From: Cirrosporium novae-zelandiae
Lineage: Eukaryota
NCBI GenBank assembly: GCA_026023565.1
Contig: JAPETS010000010.1
Location: 124,001 to 188,000 of the forward strand
Direction of reading: 5' to 3'
DNA: 64,000 bases
Shown here: positions 28,258 to 41,605 of the stretch, in pieces
Numbering within the stretch: the stretch's first letter is position 1
How the letters are laid out: each line of letters opens with the position of its first letter
Translations under genes and position numbers: made by a program
The notes under the pieces: model-generated
Databases searched by the model: none
Seen by the model: the letters and a program-made list of their open reading frames with translations, nothing else
What the model was told of the DNA's origin: nothing

Positions 28258-29383
28258 ATGTAGGGGGAGTGACCGGCAAGATTGAGTGTTGGTTGGGTGG
28301 AACTTGGGTTAATCTTGATGGATGGGATATGAAATGCATGAATCATATCACGTCCGTTATGTAAACATTAATATTTCCAAAACTTGATGAAAATATACGG
28401 TTGTTATCATTATGATTGTTTGGAATGCAAGACGTCAACTAGTTGGTGCTGTGGTAAGGTAGCCTTGTATTTAATAAATATCAAAGGTTGTGGCTAGTGG
28501 TGATGTCCTTGGATTGTGTGACATTTTCCAGGATACCCTCAGAAGGCCGACCAGGGCCGAGAACAATTTACCCAACCCCCCCAGCTTCCGCCCTATCCAT
28601 GTCTACAGAACTCCAGACCATATCCACAATATTCCCCGGATGTCATGACGAGACTGTCGCAACAACATTTCACTATAATCCAATGTGGATTGCTATTATC
28701 ACCAACATCAGCGAAAAGGTGGATATTTATGTTCTGAATTAACGCTACTCAATAGTAGGAGTAATAGGAATCTTTTGAGTTTTTTGTTGTTTTTAATTTG
28801 ATTTTTGATGTGGTTATTGCTGATTTACTTTTGCGAGAGAGTGATTTATTGTTTGGTGGTTTGATTAAGACGGGTGGTGGATGACTATTTAAAGTCTTTG
28901 ATTTTTTCTCTCTTCTTCTTCTTCTTCTTCTTTTTTTGTTAGATCAACGAATGGCTTTGCTTCCCTAGCCTTGAGGATTTGAACAGGTTTTGTAAGTATT
29001 ATTGATGGATTGTGTAGATGGAGCACGACACACCACGGCGGAGTATCGTTGATCCTGGTCTGCAAATCCGTTTAATTAATTCCGCATCAGAAGGAATATT
29101 TATATTTTACAACCGATCAAGCAGTTTACCAAAAACAAGATAGGTGCATCGAAACTTCAATGTTATCCAGATGATGGAGATATTTTTGACCATGAATGAC
29201 ATATTTATCAGTTGATGATTGAATTTGAAACGGAATTCCGTCAAAAACTCCGATCATCGGTGCTGCCCCACACATTGATCCACCATTTGACTTATCTTTT
29301 ATTCCGACCGAACTCCATCTGACGCCTTTGCTCGCATGGAGCTCAGAAGCCCAGAAGCCCTAGATATCTCACCTGACTAAAAT

Positions 29384-31661
29384 ATGGAAAGAAAACTCCG
29401 TCGAAACGGCAAACCTCCTTCATGCGAACCATGTCGAAAAGCTAAAATTCGATGTGACCATGGAAGCCCTACGTGTGCCAAATGTCAGCGTCGCAATATA
29501 CGTGATAAATGCAGCTATCATCCCGCTCCAATGACCAGGCGGTATTCTCCTGCTGATAAGGAATTGATTCAAAGTACATCTACTACTCCATCAAAACCGT
29601 CCAGCCCTTCCGCAACTAATATCACCGATGTTCAAAATGACGAGTCTTTCACTAACTCGAACATCAATGGGGCCACTCAAACACAATCGGGATATTTGGG
29701 ATCGACTAGTTATGCTGCCGTGTTTGAATATGATCAAAGCCAATTCGACCCCATCCCATCGACACGCAGCATAGGTAGTCCCTACCTCTCCCATGGCACA
29801 AGCAAGACTCACATTACCCCTGGAACCATTCGCGGTGGAGCAAGAATCCTTGCATATCTTTCCGACTTGAAATTTCATGAAGACCTGATTAATTCTTTTT
29901 ATGCTCTCAGTCAGACCATGATTGTCCCGAAACCGTTCATGAAGGCCGCGTTTGCTTCTATCCAAAACATGCATGAATTGGCTCTGAGGGATTCGACGGG
30001 AACAACGTTTTATCGCTGGTCAGAGGCCATCTGCCGGAACAGCGTGCAACCGTTTGAGGTAAATGAAGGCACTACGGTCCAGGAGTTTATCGCCTCTTTT
30101 ACAGGGCAGAATCTCCGTTGGGAAATCATGGGCATGATTTTCACTCTCAGTGGGCTAGTCATGACGACCTTTATAGACCGAAACAAGCTACCCATAAAAG
30201 GCGAACCCCAGGGCCTCGACCGAAAGAAATTCATAACCCAAATGGAGGGCGCCGCCGAATTCTGCATCCACTTTAGCCAATCCGTCGGATCGGTCAACGA
30301 CCTCCTCGTGTGGCTACTGTATGAACACTTTGTCCTCCTCTCCATGTTCCACGGCGATTCAGATTACCGAACTTGGCGAGGCTCGGGGGAACTCTCCTCT
30401 CTCCTCTTTGCCATGGGCCTGCATCAAGACCCCAAAGTCGAACAAAACACGCCCTTCTTCTTAACCCAACTTCGAAAACGCTCCTTCGGAAACGCCTACA
30501 GCTCCGATAAGGGCATGGCCACCTTCCTAGGCCGTCCTCCCCGAATCTCCCGCCGTTACTGTTCATGCTCCTTGCCCCTCGAACTCAGCGACGAAGAAAT
30601 CCTCTTTGAAGGCCCAGCTCTGCACTCGGTCCTCCAAAAGCTTGATGAAAATGGCTGGAGCACAAACGAAACCGATTACCACCGCGGCTCCTGGTGTCGA
30701 GTGCGCCTACTCGCAAACGCGATCCGCGAAGACGTTCTAGAACTCTGTCTCGGGGCCCCCCACCAACATGAGGAGGACGCTGTGGAACGCGTACGCCAAA
30801 TATCACAAAAATCAGCTGATACGTGGCAGGCACTTCCAGCGCGCATGCGGTACGATCCCGAATGCTGGAGAAACAAGTCCAGATCGGGAAATAGCTGTTA
30901 CATCTCCCTTATTCATTATTTGGATTATTTGTTTACAGATTTCTTATTACAGAGGTTCCTGGTCAAGAATACGCGGGCCACGCCAGAGGCCCTGCTCAGC
31001 GTCTCGAAACGCCTCATGTCCGCTATGATAACCTTGTGTATGGAACGCGACCGGATCATAGAAGTGAAATTGGATGCCGCAAGCACCGTACGTCTTTCCC
31101 CTTTTCTAACCATACTTTGTCTATACATATCCATCTTTCCCCCAAAACAACTGCATTCAAAAACCCCCTAATAAAAGTAAAATCCAGATAGCAGCCTATG
31201 GCCTGACACCCGCCGGCACCCTAGCCGTAGAGCTCCTCCGTCACGCCCGCAACCTCGCCACCATCCGCCTACCTATTTCGCGCTCCGCCGTAATCCAAGA
31301 CATTTCCGTCTTCATCTCAACCCTAGGATGGGCGGTCAGACCCAGGGATGGGAACTACCAGGTTTGTGTTCAGGCAAGGGATATGTTGAGGAGGATTTTG
31401 GATGAGGTTTTAGAGGGTGATGGAGGAGGGGGTGGAGGGTTTGGAGGGAATGGTGGGATCGGTGAACGGGGCGGGGGGAATGGGAATGACGTTGGAGGTG
31501 AGGAAGATGGGGGATTCATGGGGATTGGTAGCGGCGGTGGTGGCGAGATTAGGGCAAAGGCACCACCGCCGGTATCGAATCTATCCATGGAAAACGCAGA
31601 GGAGTTTCTGGCTTGGTTGGAGAGCGAGGAGTGGAATATGGAACCTTATATTACGATTTGA
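29384..31661 (+). CDS. Zn(II)2Cys6 transcription factor with fungal-specific middle homology region, 1 intron
   Basis: CEPCRKAKIRCDHGSPTCAKCQRRNIRDKC; AMGLHQD...RKR...DKGMATFLGRPP; acidic C-terminus. Confidence 0.95.
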
Positions 31662-32448
31662 AATTTTTTTAGACTTATGAATTTTTTAATACATGATAGA
31701 TTAATGGACGGTTAGGTGGATAAGACCAAGAGAGATTTCCTATCATAAATGTATGTACTCGGGAAAGAGATTGGTTGATATGTTGCTAAGCTGTGAGGAT
31801 TTGGGATATTTAACCTAGGTACAGTACGTGGTTGCAACCCGAAACGTTGGATATAACTTTCAGGCTGCGGACCTTTGTTGTTCCGAGCTTTGCGCCAAGG
31901 CCCTACCAGCTACTACTGTACAGTGCAGTAGCGCTAAGAGTGAACGACCTCCTGTACATATTTTTTTTGATATAGCTTAATCTTCAGTTTTTTTTTTTTT
32001 TGTATCGAGTTTTATTCTTGTCATTGTCATAAGTAATACCTATCATTACTTTGAATTGTTTTCGGTTTGTTCTATATGGGTCTTGAAGGTATCGAGATGC
32101 TTAGGTCCTTTAGCTGAAGCCCTCCATGTTCCAGTCCCAGCACTCTACCAATCTGGTTGGAAACTAGCGCTACTCCGCGATTCGATCGATATATCATAAG
32201 TACTATGTACACATATGAGCAACTTGATGTTGTGGCTTGGCTCTGTGCATGAGATAGCTTCGCCTCCCCACAAGGCTATCAAGGCTAACAACCAGAGAAC
32301 CCCCAAGGCAGTGCTTTTCATTCATATCTTACGCTTTCTCGCTGCTTTGACATTCCAATGATTTTCCGTTTCTATTCATGAGCATCTCCCCTTCACATTT
32401 TTTAGTTAGCGATTCTATATAGATAACATTACAGACTGACGGAATACT

Positions 32449-34041
32449 ATGTCTGCTATCGGTATTTCGCCTAGCGATATCATTCTCGTCGGGCAGTTCG
32501 CCGCCAAAGTAATTACCTCTTTGAAAGAAACAGGTAGTTCCAAAACGAAATATCAACATGCAATATGCTCTTGCGAAGGCCTACAGAACGTGCTCCTAGA
32601 ACTGCAAAAACTTGAATTCCTCAGCGAGGATCCTCATTTTCTACCCCAGCTGCATTCCGGAGCAGTTGAAATTCACGGGATCATTAGCAACTTCCTCGAC
32701 AACATCAAACAAAACAAAAACTCTTTGGGAACAGATTCTCCGGCTGGTTGGCGGCACGGGGTCGTATCAAAGGCCAAGTGGGCTTTGAAAGCCTCGAAGG
32801 ACCTCGAGACATTGCATTCCCGTCTTGTTCTACAGCTGGATACGCTCAAGCTGCATTTGCTGACTGGAACATTATGCGTTACGTCGGATAACCGAGAAAG
32901 AACCAAGCGAATAGAGCAAGGGGTAAAACGAATCGAGAAGCATCTCACCGGCATCACATATCATCAGACTCCTGGTCTTCCATCTTTAGAAACCGTCCGC
33001 TCTACGGATTCATCGCAGCAATTATTCCCCAACGCGTAAGTACACCGACGTTAATAGGCTGAGGTCCTTCTAACTGCTCTAGTCGATTCCTCATCTACCT
33101 TATATTCTATTCTTTCTCGCTCCGTATGCAGGTGAAACGTGCCACAGCCCTCTCTTTCGCGTCTGAGCCATTATAAAAACAGATCAGACGGTCGCCACGG
33201 TATTCCGCTTTTCTGCGTATTGCTATTTGAGTACTATCTCGAACGACCACTGTCACCGTCATTGGACGGTAGGATCAGATTCATTAATGCGCCAGGGGAG
33301 CTCCAGATGGTCCCATTCGAAGTGTATGAGAATATCGAAGTATGTTTAATGGCCCCTGAGAATATTTTGGAGATGAGTATAATCCTAATCTTCTACATGA
33401 ATTTATTGATTAATCATTCTTTTTGGTCGACTTAGATGTTCGAAACTTTCCTTCGGCTTGACTTCAGGACGAAACCTGGAGCCCAGAAAGTCGCTAATGG
33501 TCACTATCTGATTACGAGTGGAAAGTTCGAGGGCCAGATCATAAATCAGAATAATTGGTCCGCTATAGTGCAGCTGGGATGTACTCTAGTAATGTCAATG
33601 TGCGTTTCGACAATTGTTATACGATTCTCTAAATTCAAAATCATCCTGCGAGGAACCATAGAGAGACTAGAGCATGTTGATATATATATGTACGTACGTG
33701 ATCTTATTCAAGGAATTCAGAGCAAGGTACTTACAAATATCAGCCCCCAACTCCACCATCGCTATTTATTCTTTCCCCACGGTCCAAGAATCGTTGAGTG
33801 CAAGAATGAATACAACAGCGAGTTTAATGCAGATTCTTCCCGGTCTGTGAAATATAGATTGGATGTAGTCCGCCGAGATGTACTTGTAGAGGTTGAAGAA
33901 GATATTGACGCAAACCTTTACAAATATGCCAACTTTGTCGATACTTCCGATCTAGCTCGTCGACAATTGGCCTGGCTATTGGAAACCCTAGTTAGATTGA
34001 AGCACGAACTTGGACAGAGTTTGGCTACTACAACGATATAG
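32449..34041 (+). CDS. Fungal HeLo-like/SesA-type N-terminal domain plus fungal ubiquitin-like domain; possibly pseudogenised
   Basis: N-terminus GISPSDII...KVITSLKETGSSKTKYQ...KAKWAL resembles N-terminal helical domains of fungal STAND proteins; the later IRFINA.G...FLRLDF..KPG.QKVANGHY.I...NNWSAIVQLG.TLVMSM resembles the fungal ubiquitin-like domain; I could not find a clean splice path through 33080-33240. Confidence 0.5.
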
Positions 34042-34227
34042 ACAACGACTCGATGCCAGACACAAGCAATTGAACCACAACCACATGACAACCTTCGCAA
34101 AGATAATTATTACTTTAGATGTCCCTCCGTACAACACTTCTATACCTAACCTAAATCCCCAAAACCCTAATACTACCTAACGCATTTAAAATATCCTAGC
34201 AGCAGCAGTCCCCCATCCCCCCTACGC

Positions 34228-34473
34228 GAATCCCAAAATAAACAGGACTCATACTCATACATGCCCAAAGATAGATAGAATCAAAAAAAGGTTTTAGGGA
34301 AGCCTTCCAACAAAAATCAGTTTTTAAGTAACAATGTAATTTTAAAGGCTGCTTCCCTAAAGCTGAAAAGATAAAAATTAATTCTGTCTAAAGGCCCTTC
34401 CCAGAAACACATTGTTCGGATTCTACTACTTTTGGGTATATGAGTATGAGCCCTACCTTATTTTTGGGACTTC
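34228..34473. mobile_element. Foldback / MITE-like element with long imperfect inverted repeats
   Basis: Left TCCCAAAATAAACAGGACTCATACTCATACATGCCCAAAGATAGATAGAATC matches the reverse complement of the right end, TCCCAAAAATAAGGTAGGGCTCATACTCATATACCCAAAAGTAGTAGAATC; similarity continues inward. Confidence 0.65.
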
Positions 34474-34759
34474 CTTTGTGCCTCGTGCTCTCTCCCTATA
34501 AAGAACTTGTATCACACATATCAAAGCATATAGATATATTCCATGCCATGTCATGTTATGTATGTAATAAGTATATTGATCGAGCCCCTTCTCCCTCCCT
34601 TCTCGTCTGATCATCTAATTTATTTGCTTTTTTTATTTTATTTTATTTTATCGGAATTTGGGTGCTTGGGGATTTAGGGACCTGGATGATGCACCCTTAG
34701 ACGGCATTAATATCAATATTAACCGGTTAATTATTCAATCGCATAAATAACCGAATATA

Positions 34760-34792
34760 TACCTACCTACCTACCTACCTACCTACCTACCT
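34760..34792. repeat. (TACC)n microsatellite
   Basis: Direct reading. Confidence 0.9.
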
Positions 34793-36674
34793 CACCTATA
34801 TAACATCTTCTGCTAAGGAATAAACAGAAATGAAAGGTATGAGAGGAGGTGTGGGAAGGGATTCACAAAACCCAAACTCAAATTCAAATGTAACTTCAAA
34901 GGCTTACTGTAGGAATGAGTGAGTAAGAAGGGAGGGAGGAGAGCCACGCTGTTATTGTGGTTCTATAATAACGGAGAACGGATAACTAATAATGAGAACG
35001 CTATTGTTAACTGGAGCACCGGCCTCTTTTTTTTTGACTTTTTTGGGGGGGGGGGGTCACGTTTAGTGGAAGTAGGAGGAAGAAGAAGAGGAGGAGGAGG
35101 AAAAGTCCCCGAGGTGCCCTCCCAGCTACTAAGACTATCTCCCTCTCCTCCTCACTTCTCCACAACCACGCCTTACTCTACCTTCCTGATCCCACACTCA
35201 CCCCCTTTTTCCTTAATCAATTTTTAGTCAATACTAAACTACTAAACACCAGGCTCACACTTTCTCACTCCCGCGCCCCCATCACCACTAAATACTAACC
35301 ACCACCACACACTCCTCATATCTCCACAACCACAACCACAACCAGCCAACTCACGGAAAAAAAAAACCCCTTTAGCAGTTTAGACCATTATATCTGAATA
35401 AAGATTTCCAGATAATCTAGTCTAGACAGAGAAGTAGTAGTAGTAGTAGTAGTAGAGTAGAGTTTGGATTTAATATCCTAATATCCTAATAGGACGGGAA
35501 TGTCGTTTGTTCATTCGTAGGGTTAGGTTAGGTTCTCTGTTTTTTAGGTTAATCAATTCATTCGTATATTCATCCATCCCATCCCATCCATTAACAATAA
35601 TTCCTTTTTTCTTTTCCTTTTTTTTTTCAGGGATTAGGGTTATGACTTAATTTCGAGAGGGGGGGGGGAGAGATCTTTTCTTTTCTCTTTTCTTTTTTTC
35701 CTTTTTCCTTCTCTTTACGAAATATATAGGATAAGGATAAGGATAAAGGATAAAGGGCGAGAAGACAATAAAAGCCAATTCGGAGGCAATAAAAATAAAA
35801 ATAAAAATAAATTATCGGTTGTTGTAGAGTCGGTCTATAAGGAGGTCAGGAAATACATATATACATCCGGTGGGGTCGGGTTTTGGTTTGGTTTTTTTTT
35901 TTTTTTCTCTCGTGGTAGATAGATAAAATAAATAACTAAATTTCTTTTTAATTACTTTGATTTAGATGGAATATATATATATACCTAGGTAGGTACTCAA
36001 CTCACTCACTTATTTATAGTCTATAGATAGATGGATAGATAACTTAGATAACCCTTCTTTTGTATAAAGTTATAATTCTTATTATTATTATTATTACTAT
36101 TAAATCGTTAATTTGACTCAAAGAAGGGGATCGAGGGATCGAGGGGGAGGGATCCCCCCCCTCCCCTCCCCTCCCCTCCACTCCCCTTAGTACTGGATCC
36201 CGAATAGAGTATATCTATTCCAACAAATTTCCAATCTCTAGCCTTACCATTAAGGAAAGCCCTAGCCCAATCTCAACCCCAAGTTAACAAAAAAAAAACA
36301 CACTTCCCCTCTTCTTCTTTTCTTTCATTTCACTATGCATTCCCCAAAAAAAGAAAGAAAAGGGGATCCCCAGTTTTTGTTATTCCTTATTCCTTAATGC
36401 CCATGTGTATGTGCATATGAGAATGAGAATAAGAATGAGAATGAGAATGAAGAGGAGGAGGGGATTATTTTTCTTTTTGAGGGAAGTAAGGGTAGTAAGG
36501 GGGGGGGGATAATGGGTGAAGAGTATCATAATTGCTAACGTCTGCTATAGCTTAGAGCCTATAGGTGATATGAAGGGGATAATAAAATGAATAATTATTA
36601 TATTGTTGGCAAAAAATCCCTACTGGAAGTGTGGTCTGGCCTAGCTAGCTAGCTATCAAACGATCAGGGGGGCG

Positions 36675-38019
36675 GCCCGTCCCTCGCTCTGAGAGGTGTT
36701 TTTTATAAAGCATTTTTTAGTAGCCAGAGCGTGCTGGACCACGTGTGTGAAGGATATCCTCCAAAGTAAAATAGCTATTCTCGTCTAATGGGATGGGTAA
36801 GGTGGCAAAACGAGAACTGATTCTCGCGTGGGGCATCTGTTGTAGCTTCAAGAACCCTCTGGATGGGGCCGAATGTCGGAGCTATGGGCACGAGATCGAA
36901 ACCATCTTTTGGCAGTAACAAATAAAGAATTTATGGCATGACATGGAAACAAATTATCGAGTTGATCGGTAGAGTAATTGAACATTGGCTTATATTTCCA
37001 GTCCAAAATGTCTTTGCCCAGAACCCCGCCTGTAATTTGAAATTTTTATTTTTTTTAGGCTTTGGTATAACATGGATAAGCCTGATTCTAGGAGGTACAT
37101 AATTTCGGTTTAGAACTTTGTCTCGAATCTTGATGTACTCGAAATTAGGATAAAGAGTCCAAGAGGTTGTAGTCTAAATGAAAAGGCTTGGTGTTGGTGT
37201 CTTGGGAACTGAGGAGAGGGAGTAAAGCAATCATAGCAGGATCTTTAGTATCCTTATAATTCCCCTGGGCTTTAAAGTTCCTGAGGGTGGTACATGACGT
37301 CGTTTAATAGGGCTATTGAGTAGGACCGTTGAATAAGACCGTTGAATAGGGCCGTTGAGTAGGGCCGTTGAATAGGGTAGAATTTGATAAAATATGTAAA
37401 CCTGGCCCTTTTCGAACAACTGCTTAAACACTCACAGACTCCATAAAGCTAGGATTATGGTCTCATTAGGGATTACCAATTAATAACCAATCCATACCTC
37501 ACTGAAACTTACCTTGTAGTCGTCTTCAAAACCATTCACTAACCCACACAATCCATCGTTTGATTCCATTCAGTGACAAATTCATAACTATATTTTGGCA
37601 TTCTTGGTTGTATTCTCAATTAACTCCATAACTGCATCTCGGCCCGAAATTTTTAACTTTTGTCAATCCCATACTCAATAGGTAGACCGTGAGTATCCCA
37701 TCCGAAACAGTAAACTATATGGCGACCTTTTCTCGACCAGGAACGAGGGGTAATATTCTTAATTGTAGAAGCAAGTATGTGGCCGTATATGGGAGCCCTA
37801 TGAACGGGAGTCAAAAAATAGAAACGGTATGATTTCGTCTGATTGCGAATGTAGCGGTAGCTTTGGAAAAGACGGGTTAGCATATATCAAGTCAATGGTA
37901 GAATGAGCATACTGAAAGGTAGCCATCAGCATGATGATGGTTGACCCTGGCAATCGGACTTGTGTTTGAAACCACCACCACCAGAAAATTTCTTCCTCTG
38001 CTGGAAATTTGATGCTCAA
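36675..38019 (-). pseudogene. ILS1: Decayed N-terminal part of a cytosolic isoleucyl-tRNA synthetase
   Basis: Collinear fragments SIKFPAEEE, YGHILASTIK (HIGH motif region), FGWDTHGLPIEY, GRDAVMEL, EDDYK/T, PSFMESV, VFKQLFEKGQVY, PYSTAL, NFKAQGNYKDTKDPA, *TTTSWTL, PNFEYIKI, DILDWKYKPMFNY, APTFG and PLDENSYFT, with stops, frameshifts and deletions. Confidence 0.9.
37300..37377. repeat. 13-bp tandem repeat x6 (CCGTTGARTAGGG) inside the IleRS relic
   Basis: Direct reading. Confidence 0.9.
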
Positions 38020-39008
38020 TACTGTATTTATTACAGATTGTTTAGCTGATGTTCTCCTTAGGGCTGTAGGATATCCGTCTCTGTAATATATAACCGTGAG
38101 GTGACCATTGACATGATCGGTCTGTTGGCTTCTCTGTCGGCTTCTGTTTGACTCAAACAAATTAACTCAAATAAATCCATCTAGATGGTAAGATAAGAAA
38201 ATTATAAAATTGTCAAAGACATTCCATGGTTTCATTTGCCTCATCGTTCAAACTAATAATCATGACGATGACTCGGTTTGGAGTGCTGCAGTTGGAACAG
38301 GCGAAATTCGTCAACCACCAAAACATGACGGATATAAACAAAAACCCAAGTCACTGAAATATAAATTCATCAGGTTTACTTGCTTGGTTACCTGGTAAAA
38401 ATATATATGAAAAGTTTAGGAATCACCTGGTCAGTTGAAAAATGGAATAGATAGAGTTTAGATACGGTCAGGCTAAACCTTTTTTGAGAATCTCCTCATC
38501 CATCCACCGCCAAGTTCCCCTCTTAATTGTCTGCAATATACTCCGATACTTCATTAAACAGCTGTGAGACCCTCATTGCCTCAAGCTTCAAATAACAATT
38601 CCAAATTCCAAAAAATGTTTCCTTCAAACATATAACATCCTCTCGGCCTTTTACGAGTCATGTCAATCCGCACTCAAGCAACTTCAAATCGCTCATTATT
38701 ACGCCGACCTTTAGCTCCATCCACCTAAACCAAACGATATAATCAACCAAAACAGTACAATAGTTCACTTCGAAAAAAAAAAAAAAATCTGTTGCGGCCC
38801 GACTACGTGTATCACCTTCCGCTTCCCCCCCCCCTTGCCTCCTCTGGCACGTCAGAATTCTCAGTTACCCCGTAGAGGTCAGAAGCTACTTGGCTCCACC
38901 CTTTATCCGATTCTTGCCTCGTTGAGGTAGCACATACTTAGCAAACGTCTTGAAACATAAATTTCTTCAGCCAGTTCATTCTGCACATCCTCTGCAACGT
39001 CTACAACC

Positions 39009-40858
39009 ATGCCATGCTTCAAGGGTTTGGCGGTTAGCATCCACACACCTAATGGCCCACTTCCTGAATATTCTGTCCAGCGACAGTCAAGGCTAGGGAG
39101 GATAACCTCATATATTCCAGTTCCTCCTGCAAAAGTTCCTCTAGATGTTTCTAAAGATACGCCGGAGCAATCTACCTTTGCAATATCCATTACTCTCCTG
39201 ACTCCCGGTTTAAACGTTCCTTACTCGGCGCCCAAGCCTTCACCGCAAAATCCTTATCCGAAGCCTAAACTCGTAGGGCCCATCCCCGCTCCTGGTGAAC
39301 GAGGTAAACATGCTGGTGCGGTGGCTCCATATGTTCCCATGACCTTATCCCCGAACGAAACAATAGCGGCATATATTTATTTTGATGGTCGACAAAAGGA
39401 AGAAGTCGCAACACTGCTACGAAGGGGCGAGGAGACCTGGGTGAATTCAAGATGGGTCAGTGTACCCGAAAAAGAAGGAGGCGGACTTGCAGAGAGAGAG
39501 TTTTTATTCCGTGAAGTTGGATTGGAGCGGTGGCTCAATGGGCTGGATCTCGAAGGAAAGGATGCGGCTGCAACGATCGAACGTCGACGACAAAAGTTGG
39601 AGAAGAAACGGAGGAGGAGAAAGCACAAAACTAGCGATGATGATAGCAGCGACATGGACTTGGAAGCAAAAGCTCGACGTCATGCAAAGGATGTTCTCCG
39701 ATATGGTGGTGACATGCAATCACCAATTGAAAAGGTGTCAGATGGAGAGGTATCGTCGTCATCTTCTGACGACGATGATCCGATTCCCGAGACAGCTGGG
39801 CAAATTAAGGTTGCTCTCTTCCGGGTTCTCGCATCCGGCGATATCAAGCGCGGAGAATATTCTCCACAATTTGATGCCCACGATGACGATGACGACGAGT
39901 CAAAGGCCAACGGCGAATCCAATGGTGATGTTGACATTGACCATACCACCAGCTTTGCAAAGCCAAAGACCCTTGATCCTAAATCCATCTCCACTCAGAC
40001 AGTAACAGGCATGGATGCAAGTGACAAGCCTTATGCAGTATTTACATTTCTCTACCGCGGTGAAAGTGAGTTTTTCAAGATCCAATAAACGATTCAGCTA
40101 ACATTCATAGGACAATTACAAAAAATGGGTATACTGCCCTCACCAAAGCCCGAGAAAACTGCACCAAGCTCGAAACGAAAATCCTTCCAAGCCGAGTTTG
40201 AGAACCTTGCTCCCCTTAAATCTACTGGGACTGTTGGATTTTCCACATTCCGTGATCCTCATGCTCATACCCGACACTCGGGTTCGTTTGGGAAAATAAA
40301 ATCAGAGGGGGATGACGATGATGATATGGAGAGTGATGATGATGACTCTAGCGATCAGAAAGATACCAAGGCGGATGAGGATGATGAAAAACAAGAGGAC
40401 TATCATCTTTCTCCTGATGATGCTAGACGACAGCGTGAGCTTGCTGAAGGTGTCAAAAAAATTCAGGTATACTATATCTCAACCTCGGGATTCAACGAGC
40501 TAACTTTGTATAGTTGAAACGTCAAAGATCGGCTGATCCAATGGGTCCAGCAACCCCGGAAGTTCCAACCAAAACCACAAAATCAAACTCTGGAACACCT
40601 AATACGGCAGCTACAACACCACCGATTACAAACACTCCTCCGTTGGCTGCTCATGATGGTTCCCTGGTTGACTCGGCAGTACAAAAGGCCTTGGACGAAA
40701 ATATTATTGGCAGTCCATTCAAGAAGGCCAGAGCGAGCTTGTCTTTAGATGATGAGACATCAAGGTCACGGTTGAGTTCAGCAATCTCGGGTGAAATCAA
40801 CATGCCATCAGCTCGGCCGACAATAAAGCTACAGGATGATTCAGATGATGAACTATGA
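39009..40858 (+). CDS. Fungal hypothetical protein (probably conserved), 2 introns
   Basis: Long ORFs joined by canonical introns; ordered N-terminal domain, basic NLS-like run and acidic tracts; function not recognisable. Confidence 0.85.
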
Positions 40859-41605
40859 TTTGATGTACCTATGAAATTAAGGAATGCAAGGCGCAGGGTG
40901 TTGCAGTTGGATATTGGAACCTTACATTTCTATTCTCGGAATCAATTAGAAGGTGGCAATGCTTTTAGTTTTTCTTGAGCATTTCAAAATCCAGCTGGGA
41001 GAGTTATCTTACTGAGGTGCAGAAGATGAATCCTACTTTTGGGAGGATTATATACATATAGTTGTCTATGAGTTATGGCAGAGAGATGAGTTGATGGGAT
41101 TCACGGACTGGACATGGATGATATTTAGTATAGTGTATTCAGATGGTGGATAGAAGCAATTCAGGTGCCTATCTACAGTAGTTGACCAACCTTATCAATT
41201 GAAGCTGTAGCACGTGTAGATATACCGGAACAGCTATATTCGGCCGAAATGTTTAAACTTTATGCATGCACATATGTATAATACGTCATTATGCATGCAC
41301 ATCTTTTATATCTATGCCGAGGTAGGCATTTGATCCGGATCAACGACACAATTTCAACACCATCTTTGTCCTTTTCTATCACTTTTTTTTTTACCTTCCC
41401 CTCTTTTCTTTTAGTTCTGCTGACTGTTTCTGCTTATTTAGAAATACAGTTTTACTTGTCTGCATGCATGGTTCCCCGTATATATCTCACCCTTCTTTCT
41501 TTGCCCTGAGATATTGTTCTGCATTAAATATACTTTCGAAAGTACTTTCTTGTATATTATATATTTCTTAGCTTCTCCTGCCTCACCTCTACCCGCAACT
41601 TCACC

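Noticed and set aside
37300..37377. CRISPR-like array
   Set aside because: Eukaryotic DNA with contiguous 13-mers, no spacers and no cas genes.
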